From: Antedon mediterranea
Lineage: Eukaryota; Animalia; Echinodermata
Reading direction: 5' to 3'
Assembly: GCF_964355755.1 (NCBI RefSeq)
Contig: NC_092671.1
Location: 13,826,001-13,890,000 of the forward strand
DNA: 64,000 bases
Position 1 is the stretch's first letter; each line of letters opens with the position of its first letter. This document shows positions 24,801 through 33,819 of this stretch, piece after piece. A program made the translations under genes and the position numbers. The notes under the pieces are model-generated. The model worked only from the letters and a program-made list of their open reading frames with translations. It did not search any database and had not been told where the DNA came from.

Positions 24801-27800
24801 TGGTTATGTTCGGCTTCGGGATGTTATACCATACTTAGGCCTAGGCTAGGCTAGGCTATTATAGGGGTCGTCGGTTTCGTGTAATGGGTCGTCCAATTCT
24901 AGGTCGTCCAATTCGAGGTCGCCCGGGTCGTTGGGGTCGTCCAATTCGAGGTCGTCGCTTTCTACACACCCCGGTGAACAGTAACATTTTTCTTTACTGA
25001 CAGTGACAAAATCTATTGAAATTGTACTTGATTTTCACCAAATAATGCGTTAAATATAAATGGATTCCACAGAGTTTTTAGCCCTCTAATTAATTTTGCT
25101 CTTTTGGCGTTCCATAGAAACCAAAATATTGAACATTGAGTGTGCGAAATGCGAGAAAAACAACGTCTGTAAAATCACCAATTTAATGGATTTATTGTTA
25201 CTTTTATGTGATTTTTCTTCATTAAAGTAGGCCTACTAATTCTAAGCTGTGGTATTCAGGATAAAGTTGGTTAAAATACAAGGCAGGTGCAAAAGGAAAC
25301 TAGCCTAGCGGGCCTAGGCCTAGGCTACTTCAATTTCGGTGATTTCCTGCCTTGCAATTTTGAGAAATGATAAAATGATGCCTCGCATTTTTTGATGATG
25401 GTAAAACGATGCCTCGCATAAATTTCTGACTTGCCTCGCATGCCTTCCCTGCCTCGCGTGCCTCGCTGCCTCGCACTTTGTTACTACCCATTGGGAACCC
25501 TGTTAGATCAAGACAAAACTTTGCGCTGATTACTAGCTGCATATATGGGAGTATGTTTCTATAAGTGTTTGATCAGGAAATGACTGGGGTAATAATGTTC
25601 AGCGCATTGAGAGCTTGCTTATATGCGCTATATAAGAATGAACTATTATTATTATTATTATACTGTTTAGCCAGTGGTTACACCTACTGTTTGAGATACA
25701 GTTTAGCCAATGGTTACGCCTACTGGTTGTGATACAGTTGTTGGTGGTTACGTTGTTGTTGGTGGTTACGCGGTTATTGGTGGATACGGCGTTGTTGGTG
25801 GTTACGTTGTTGGTGGTTACGCTGATATTGGTGGTTACGCTGCACGGGTAAGTCCACGGCGTAAGATTAACACTAATCCTAATTCATAATTATTGGTTGT
25901 TACTTATAATTTGGAATCAAAGAAAGAATAAAGGAGGCCACTCAAAAAGTTGTAATTGTCATTGATTTATCTCTTTTGTTCGAGTGTATAACATTAACAG
26001 TAACCGCAGTCTTCCCCGCAGGGGACGAAACCCAGAGCGCAATTTCGTTACAATATTCTGCCAAAAAAGACAAACAATTATTTCAGACAATGCCAGGCTA
26101 GACCTATTAGCTAGCGTACAATATTCGTACAATACCACTGTTTACCAGATAGGAAGACAGTATACATTCAATGTACTACTACTTAGGTTGTTTTTCTCTT
26201 TTTATCATAATTTACCATAACTAGATGGTACGCTCGCTTCGCTCGCGTACCATCTAGATCGTGCCCACAGATGGTTCTCGAATACACAGTAATTTCAGCG
26301 TAACAAAACTGGCGATTTCCAATGTACGTACCGCAGGACTATAATACATTGTCGAAAAAAAAACCCGAATAAATAGACACGATGATTTATGTAGTCAACT
26401 AAAATTAGCACCCTGGGAATTACTTCCGAAGGAGAAACTTATCACAAAATGAGTCCAAATTTTTGATTTGGACTCATGTAAAGAAACCCAATTTGTGTTT
26501 TGTATGTAACATTAGGGTTGAGGGATGGGAAAGCGGATAGGTACAAAGAGGAACAATTTTTAAATATATTCTTTATCCACTCAGTAACGAAATATTTTTT
26601 TCATGTTTTATAGGCCTATAAATAATATACCTCTAAATACAGTAAAACATTTGCAATTTAATACTTTGTTAAAACTGTCACTGTCATAATCGATTGAAAT
26701 ATTAAAGTACATGTCACGATACACCACTACGACGTTTATATTTTTGGTAATTATTAATTAATACAAACGTTGAGAAGGAACTGCCAGTATAAAGTTTATT
26801 TGTATATAATAATGTGTTTATATATCTAACAGTAGAGCCTATCCACAATCTCAGTAATAAAGTTTATTTGTATATATTTTTATATTACATCTAACAGTAC
26901 GAACATTCACAGTAAGAAATTTTCGATTCAAATGAGGACCAAAAATAGTTTATTTTATTTTATTTTATAGGTATTTACAGTATTGTCAAAGTATTGCAAG
27001 TTTATTCTCAAAGGGCCCATATATTTACCTACCGTATGTGTTAAACCAAGGTCTCATAAATTTACCTACTTGTGTTCAGCCGCGTAACAAGGGGGTCTTG
27101 TCAGGGGGGGGGGGGGCAAAGAGGGGCTGATCCCTTGCAGACACCAAGTATTTGAGCCACAGCCCCCCCCCCCCCCCCCATTGTGGGGGCTGTGGCGAAG
27201 CGAATTTTGGTAAATGACACCCCTAGATCGTCGGAAATGGTACTCTTGCACATAAAATTCATGATAAATGGCGCCTCGCCAACTAGTAGTAGTTGGCCTG
27301 GAAATAACACTCTCATTTATTGCACAGCAATCAGCAAAATGATCGTACATTTTCCACCGTTAAAAACACAGGTGACATAACATTTGAACATGTGAAAACC
27401 CAATCTAACATTGGATCCGCACCTGGCAAAGGTAGTAATTTTTCCGGTTAGAAGACTGAAACAGGGCCGTAACCAGGTTTGACGGCGGGGTGGATCGTTA
27501 AGTTGTTTAGTGGAACCATACCCTCGAATTTTTTTTTTCTCTATAGGCCTATGTATGGCCGCAAATCGCATTTCCGGCTAATCTCTTTTGTTTATGAACT
27601 ATATAATTTGGTGTAATTTCCAGCCCACGAATTTCAATTGCCGACCTTATTGCCGACCTTAAATTGTCAGAGGACGGCATTCTCTTGCCGACCGAAACTA
27701 GGCTAGATCCCTGCTCCCTTTAAGCCTCCTAGCAACAACATGGTACATTAAGGGATCGTATCATTGAGACTTTAACAGGCATATTCACCATCATGTGGTG

Positions 27801-30800
27801 TTTAGGTAACAAACCATGGAATTAAGATGATCCCTGAATTCACTCAACCATTGCATCTTGCACTTGCGTGAGCTGCATCCTTTCTCTCTAGCAGCGCAGC
27901 TGACTGGGCACGTCACACGCACGCAGATACCTGTGTTAGGGGAATACCCTTTTATGTCAAGCAAACAACTATGCTCTGTGTACGGCTAGCTCCAGAACCA
28001 CGATGTTCAGCAGTTATCAAATAGAATTTATCTTGTAAATTTAGTGTTAGGTTTTTATATTTTAGTTAAAATATACTTTATATTCTTATGTCGATTTATA
28101 TTAATTAAATTTATTAAGGCTTGACTAGGCCTGTAGTAAACAATCGTAGTGTTGTGTTAGTATGCCCAGCAAAAAAAAAGTGGGAGGACAAGCGGAACTC
28201 GCTGTTCAGCGGGGGTACGATCCCCCCGATCCCCCCTGGTTACGGGCCTGTGAAAGATTGAGTATTGGAGCGACAGCCAGCCACGAAAGTACGTTCGTTT
28301 TGCTGATCGCTAGAGCGTTACATACGATTAGTAGGAGTGTATTTTTTTAAGGTGGCCTCACACGCACAGCACAGCGTCACAATTGTGTATGAGATGCCCG
28401 CGATGGCGGCTTAAAAGACGCCAAAAACCACAGTCAACTGACCGCATGTTAATGTACTGATAAGCAGTGCGTCTTCCCACGAGTTGTCAGTCAGGATTTT
28501 GTGTATTTCATATCATCTTACTTGAATATCATACTGTACACTACTGTGACTCATTTGAAGCCATATCATATATCGTATATTTTATTCTTATGTTATATTT
28601 TCTTTCTTTTTCATTCTTTGTATTTTATTTTATTTTTTTGACTTGTTACCCAGCCCGATCGAACGCTTCTCAACCCGGTAAAATCCGCCAGGGGAGTATT
28701 TCGCCCCCCCTGCCTCACCCCCCCCCCCCCCCGCCTGTTACGCCACTGCTTGTGTTAAACCAAACTCTGGCAGACTGAGATATTGGGATGTTCCACTCAT
28801 CGCAAATCAATACATTTGTATAATCGTATATTAAATCTATCAACATAGTATTTTTTAAAGAAAATCGGCCTGTCTTCAACATTATGATGGTGTACTCTAG
28901 CTGTTCAACCGGTTTTCAGCTATTAAAAACAATTATCGTAGGAGGAGATAGGAAAATGCGAAGCCTCCTCGCATTTTTGTGGCGGGTATTTTTCAAGATG
29001 GACATCCATTAGACAGTGTATACCACGATCGGAAAACACCCCTATTTGGGACAAATCGTTGAACCTAAATTCGTTTTAATCGTCAATAACTAATTATCTA
29101 ACTTAATTTAATTAGTAAACAGGGTTACATCAGGTGGTTAAAATCAGTACCGAAAGTACGAACCAACTTTATATACCATCGAGTAAAAATTCTAGAAGTA
29201 AGGCGCGATTTACCGAATTTTGCCCTTACGTAAATTTATATATAGAAACATACATTTAATACAAGGAATGACCTGGTTTAAAGCTTTCTGAAGTAGTATA
29301 ATGCATTTTTACAAAATTGCAGGTAAAGTGTCTTTAACTTACATGTTTCACAGAACTGTCCAGTGTAGCAATTTGGACAGCTACACGTGTAAGCAGTACA
29401 GGAACCAGAAACCTGGACACAACCAGCTCCATTTTGACAAATGTTATTATTACAAGCATTTAATACTGAAATATCAACCGGTAAATATGTTTTACTTTCT
29501 CTTGATACATTTATTTATATTGTATTTTTGTTGGGATATATATGAATATACAGCTTTTATTGGTGCATTGTTATAGTTTCATATTATACAAAAAAATTAC
29601 AGTTGCTAACAATAATTTTCAAATCAATTTTAACAAGAGCAGGTTCCAGAGAGAATTTCAGTATGAACCGGCGTTAAGCAGAATCAAGTTTTGTAGTTTA
29701 AATTATAGAGGAAATAAGTAAATTTATTTCTGTTTAGATTAATTTAAGTTGTACAGGACACAAATGTGATTACTACAAGCATTTATAATACCAATAATCT
29801 TAAGTAAAACTTGCTAGATGATATAATAATTATATTCTTCTAGGACAGCTAAAAAAATAATCTTTCTTGTAAACACATGTAGGTGTTTACACAGTTTACA
29901 GTATAATAAAAGCTAAGATATAGACTAATCTTCCTTAACACTACTTACAATTTTTAATATAAATAAAAAAATAGCCACCATTAATCATAACAATTTATGA
30001 TAATAAAATGGAAACAGAGGTGGTCTCAATATGTAAAGATTTCCAATATTTAGCGCCCAAAAATGAAAAAAAGAAATTATGAATTTACCCTAAATACTAT
30101 AACTGGGTATAATAGTCAAATTATATTCTTTAGAAGTAGAGTGATTTAATTTCTTTCACCAGCCACCTGAAAAACCTCCTTATCTTAATTACAATACATG
30201 ATGTTCTAAATATACAGAAAAAATTGCAGATTTATGGGTTAATTGGGACCTTTTTAGTAATTAAACATTGTTTTGTGAAACAGAAAAAAACCCAGAAAAA
30301 TATTAACATTCTGTTAAAAACATTGTAATAGTAGATACTTCAGATTTTGTAGGGAAGAAACAAGATATGACATACTTCATATACATTTTAAAGTGTTTCT
30401 TTTTAAACTAAACAAACCTGTTTCGCAGTTATTTCCTTCAAAGCAACTCTGACAGCTACAACTATATGAAGAACCAGAGGCAGCACAAATTCCATTATTA
30501 AGGCATGGGCTTGGCGAGCAGCGATTTACTGAAATATTAAAAGAAACACAATGCTTGTTAACAAATGTTAGCGTAAAAAAATGTACAAAACATTTGTTAT
30601 CACTATAGAAATTGTATTGTCAGGTTGTTTTACTTGCTTGTCCGAGAGAGAAACGACATGAGAACCGTCCCTGGAACTAATCGACCAAGAACTTTTGCAT
30701 GCATAGTACACAATGACCCCTTTAATGTACAATAGGACAAAAACGCACAGAAAATTATTATCAATGAATTAAATGGAACATCATTGTGATTAGCAGAACC

Positions 30801-33800
30801 TCCACAAATTTATATCACATCTACGGGAGTAAGTATAAAAAGATCATCAGCCCGACCAAGGTTGCCTTGGCTCATAGTTGCCATTTCTGGCATTATTATG
30901 CTTTTTGGCATTATTTGGAGGCCCACGGCATCTGGCATAATGCCGCGGCATTATTTAGCCGTTTTTAGCATAATCTGGCATAATTTTGTGTTTTTTAAAC
31001 AACCAACAAAATAATATACCACAGAACAAGAATAATATTTTGTTTAATCTTGCAATTGCGTGCATATCACCTTGCACAATATCATATCGTACAAAACAGG
31101 TCTGTCAAGTTTTTTCCGTACAATAGTTCCTCCATCCTTTCGTTTCGGACTCAATCGACTCTTCTGATAGGCTGGCAGGCTTCTGCTCAGAAACTACCGT
31201 GTGTGCGATAGGCAGCACAACGAAACCGAGACTAGCCGCGATTGATCAATTATGTTTCTCTATTTCAGAGATCATGCAGGTTATTGGATCCCCACAGATG
31301 ATGTAGAGACAATTGAACTAAAACATTATGAAAGGGGTTTTGTTTGTTCAGTTCATAAGTATAAAAAGCGGCCCTTAAAAGGGCAATTTCCGGTAACTTA
31401 GCAGCTCCAATTTTAAACATTTTTTCTCCTCAAGAATTTTTTTCCATATTTCAAATTAAGTTCCAATTCCGGGCATCGTAGTTCTTACCTCAGCCCCAGT
31501 GACCATAATGGGCCGAGGTCCTAGAGACTCTTACACATTTTTATTTGAAATTAAGTGCCATTTCCGGCCATCGAGCAGCTCTATTTCCCCCATTTTTTTT
31601 CCTGGAGACACTAATTTATACTTTTGTTTCCTATTTTAAATTATGAGTGCCATTTTTGGACCATAGTTTGCTAAGTCCCTGGAGGCACGAATGAATATAT
31701 TTGTATTTAAGTGCCATTTCCGGCCATCGAGCAGCTCTATTTTTCAAAATTTTCTTACCTCCGCCCCAACCATGGTGGAGCTGAGGGTCTAGAAGTCATT
31801 AATGGATTTGTATGCTATTTCCGGGGGTGGAGGGGGGGGGGGGTTACAGGGTAGGGGCTGACATTTGCATTGCAGTTACCATTTTCGCACCCCAGATATT
31901 GGAAATTATATTATATTCATCCATACACACAAAACGACAGGGGATACAATTTTAGGCCCTATTTTGTGTCAGTTGGGGTTTTACAGACGTTTTTTAGACA
32001 TGCAACCGTTGGTGGCGCTAATTAGGGCCACATTTTGAGGATTTGGCATTATTTTTCCCAATCTGGCATTATTTGAGACAGGCTACGGCATAATTTAAAT
32101 TTTATCGCTGGCAACGCTGCCTTGGCTTCACTAAAAAGATGGGTTGACATAATTAATAATACACATAGTAATGTGCTGTTATCGTCCCAGCATTTGAACA
32201 TTACAGCAATGGGCTTAATGTAAACTAAACACTTCTACATCATGGTGAAATTAATATTTAATATTTACAGTACCTTCGCAAGCAGCTTGACATGAAGCCA
32301 AGTCAGCAAAGTTGTTCACATTTCCATTACAATAATAAGCAAATGCTTCACAATTTGAAGATGTGCTGTTGTAGTAATATCTTAATTCAGCAATGGCACC
32401 TACACATGTAATCTGGTCTCCACTGGCCATTGGTAAGGAACAGATTTCTGAAAGAAACATTTTTTAAAAGCAAAATTATTAGTTAGGAATAGATTAAAGT
32501 GACACTTGTGTGTATTAATTTGGATCTACATTAATTATATTAATATTGCTGATGGAATATTACTATTCTAGGCTCTCTACTCCTAGTAGATAAGTTTATA
32601 AGTTATAATAGGCCTATAACAACTCTTCTCCTAGATAGCCCTAGGCCTACTTGCTACTACTAGTACTAGCCTAGGCCAAAGAATATATACTGTATCACCT
32701 TATTATACTAGAGCAAGAGTATTATTTGCTTTCACAAATCACACACTCGAATTTGTTGACGCCCTCTAAGAAAAAAAACTTTTTGCAATCATCATCCCCA
32801 AATATTTTTCTTTTTAAATATTGTTTTCTATATCTAAATCATTCTTATAAATGTTTGTATTCACTAGTCAAACATGCAAATTTGAAAAAATAACAAATAT
32901 ATAAAATCAATAAGCCTGCTCAATACTATGAATTTCGAACAAATATTAAATACTAATAAGCCTGTTTTATCGTTATTATTACAAAAAAAAATTGTTTTCA
33001 TTGGTGAAACGTTGGCGGCAAAGGTTTCAATTCATTGAGTCCAGATTATCAATTAGTGTTAATTGTTGTATATTTGCTTTTTTGCTTTTTCCCGGTGTAT
33101 TAAGGGGAAAATTTGGAGTTTTCGTGGTGTCCCTTGAATAGGAAAACCTCTATTCAGGGGATACTATTTATTTTATTATTATTTATTTATTCAAGGACGC
33201 CTATTAAGGGGACAATTTGTCGAAGGTGTCCCCTTAATAGGAGTTTTACTGTATTTAAACAATTTTTGTCAGGATTCTTAGCAGCATCTAGCACGGAGCA
33301 GTAGCCTACAATTAACAGCCACTTAAACATTTTCTCAAGCAGGCCTATCATAGAAACTTACGAGTTTCACATCTGGTTCCAGTATAGGTACTTGTACATG
33401 TGCATGTGTAAGATGTACCAAAATCATTACAAGCACCACCATTGAGACATGGAGAACTGGCACACGGACTGCTGGCTAGGAAATAAGAATGTATACTTAT
33501 TAGTATATATTGAGTACCCTTCAACTAAATGGACATCAACAAAAGATTTCTACAGTGTTAAAAACAAACAGTCCACAGTTTGTTTAACCAACTGATTATT
33601 AATCTGTTAAATCTCTCTCTTATTTCTCTCATATAAACGAACATATAGGCGCATCCCCTTGTCATGAATTGAGATCATGAGTTGTGTTACGGTAAGGCCA
33701 ATGTTATACTTATTTGTGTAGCCGAAACGACATTTCATTGTATAGTACATAAACCTACATTGTGAAGACGTAACATTTACAAGAAGAGAAAAAATGATGC

Positions 33801-33819
33801 AACACACTATGCGCTTCAT
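843..33819 (-). CDS. Secreted multi-EGF/Kunitz protein (3' end outside window): signal peptide, EGF, Kunitz, >=12 tandem EGF domains with extra cysteines
   Basis: Exons with AG/GT boundaries, all joined in phase 1: 33819-33759 (MKRIVCCIIFSLLVNVTSSQ, signal peptide), 33475-33362 (EGF, CASSPCLNGGACNDFGTSYTCTCTSTYTGTRCE), 32447-32274 (Kunitz), then EGF exons 30528-30418, 29465-29343, 9382-9260, 8635-8513, 8242-8120, 7570-7445, 6848-6729, 4969-4847, 2867-2745, 2474-2352, 1684-1559, 962-843 (e.g. NACDNNVCQNGAACNTVAGSCTAYTCTCPSCFTGPFCET). The spliced frame is open throughout. Confidence 0.9.
3421..3486 (-). pseudogene. Truncated (half) EGF exon
   Basis: Acceptor intact; encodes VNACSNNICQNGGACNTVIGS then runs straight into intron-type sequence; second half of the EGF missing. 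Confidence 0.75.
3925..4300. mobile_element. Probable non-autonomous DNA transposon fragment
   Basis: Interrupts the otherwise repeated intron unit at a TTAA (ttaaagatgtattgtccc...); more GC-rich; second end not found. Confidence 0.35.
4511..4566 (-). pseudogene. Degenerate EGF exon remnant
   Basis: NACTNHACQNRASCVPVA after a CAG acceptor; no second half and no donor. Confidence 0.65.
5515..5580 (-). pseudogene. Truncated (half) EGF exon, duplicate of 3421-3486
   Basis: Identical sequence to 3421-3486. Confidence 0.75.
9760..9920. repeat. 18-bp minisatellite in the LTR (also ~25737-25842)
   Basis: Unit GGTGGTTACGCGGTTATT and variants. Confidence 0.85.
10113..10131 (+). promoter_or_regulatory. 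Primer-binding site complementary to a tRNA-Leu 3' end
   Basis: TGGTGGCAGCGGTGGGATT just after the LTR end is the complement of ...AATCCCACCGCTGCCA-CCA, the metazoan tRNA-Leu(AAG/UAG) 3' end as I recall it. Confidence 0.8.
10990..14560 (+). pseudogene. Disrupted gag-pol of the Gypsy element
   Basis: ORF fragments: PDRFEGKVPWRDYLQHF (gag), VDTGASDTVLS (PR), SPWVSNVVLVTKKDG...DAYPIP (RT N-part), HRPGLKHGNADGLSR (RNase H end), LHGGKTDGHLG...CNGC and TTPHNLKSDGMIERFNRTL (IN). Confidence 0.88.
15361..16137. repeat. 36-bp minisatellite inside the 3' LTR (~21 units)
   Basis: Unit GATACTTTTTAGCCAGAGGTTACGCATACTGGTAGT and variants; about 4 units in the 5' LTR (~9640-9760); resumes at 25661. Confidence 0.92.
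17216..18546 (+). mobile_element. Non-autonomous Helitron
   Basis: A|TCTATATATAAATT 5' end; 3' hairpin GAGCGAGCGAAGCGAGCTC then CTAG|T; no TSD. Confidence 0.75.
21455..22144 (+). mobile_element. Helitron/Helentron-type non-autonomous element
   Basis: 5' hairpin GGTTATCCGCAACGAAGTTGCTGATAACC; 3' hairpin AATTCGTCAAAGTGACGAATT followed by CTAG|T. Confidence 0.5.
23480..24692. mobile_element. Foldback/MITE within the right arm of the Merlin-like element
   Basis: 48-bp inverted repeat 23480-23527 / 24645-24692 plus inner inverted motifs (~23668-23720 / ~24367-24430); absent from the left arm. Confidence 0.65.
27077..28748. mobile_element. hAT-type non-autonomous element nested in the Helitron
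   Basis: TIRs CAGCCGCGTAACA / CAGTGGCGTAACA; 8-bp TSD CTTGTGTT; the empty site is present once in the sister Helitron (~45303-45310). Confidence 0.85.
27462..28250. mobile_element. MITE nested in the hAT element
   Basis: TIRs CAGGGCCGTAACCAGG / CAGGCCCGTAACCAGG; 5-bp flanking repeat TGAAA. Confidence 0.7.
30873..32119. mobile_element. hAT-type non-autonomous element
   Basis: 8-bp TSD CCTTGGCT; TIRs CATAGTTGCCA / CAGCGTTGCCA; subterminal GGCATAA/GGCATTA repeats. Confidence 0.78.
32274..32447 (-). CDS. Kunitz/BPTI-like domain exon of the EGF-repeat gene
   Basis: ICSLPMASGDQITCVGAIAELRYYYNSTSSNCEAFAYYCNGNVNNFADLASCQAACE: six Cys plus RYYYN, NNF and CxxxC Kunitz hallmarks; 174-nt phase 1-1 exon. 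Confidence 0.88.

Larger units (their letters stand above)
19181..24972. mobile_element. Long-TIR DNA transposon, Merlin/IS1595-like
   Basis: TSD GGTGAACA (19173-19180, 24973-24980); GGGG termini; left arm 19181-20175 is inverted to 22656-23479 plus 24781-24972; internal CxxC remnant at 20573-20728. Confidence 0.75.
16298..25489. mobile_element. Non-autonomous Mutator (MULE)-like DNA transposon
   Basis: 9-bp TSD ATTGGGAAC (16289-16297, 25490-25498); G-initiated TIRs GAGTGTTGACAAAGTGCGAGGCA / GGGTAGTAACAAAGTGCGAGGCA with many subterminal GCGAGGCA motifs; no transposase. Confidence 0.8.
16140..25660 (+). mobile_element. tRNA-derived SINE split into ~16140-16297 and 25490-25660
   Basis: tRNA-like head with B box GGTTCGAATCC (16201-16211); central ...CCTTAGGCAAGATACTTTAC...CTCTCTCCACCCAGGTGTATAA; the 3' half carries an L2-type tail AGCGCATTGAG...TGCGCTATATAA(TTA)n. 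Confidence 0.82.
9497..26052 (+). mobile_element. Degenerate Ty3/Gypsy LTR retrotransposon; 3' LTR split by a 9.5-kb nested insertion
   Basis: 5' LTR ~9497-10111 (TG...TTACA); PBS 10113-10131; gag zinc knuckle CYNCQQKGHLARQLC; protease VDTGAS; RT, RNase H and integrase (HHCC + core) in PR-RT-RH-IN order with stops and frameshifts; PPT AGGGAGGGAA at ~15115-15124; 3' LTR ~15125-16137 plus ~25661-26052. TSD not resolvable. Confidence 0.92.
26221..29246 (-). mobile_element. Non-autonomous Helitron (same family as 44814-47364)
   Basis: Minus-strand 5' TCTATATATAAATTTACGTAAGGGC at 29246; 3' hairpin GGTACGCGAGCGAAGCGAGCGTACC and CTAG|T at 26221. Confidence 0.82.

Noticed and set aside
24415-24849. 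144-aa ORF
   Set aside because: Spans MITE and TIR junctions; no domain or splice support.
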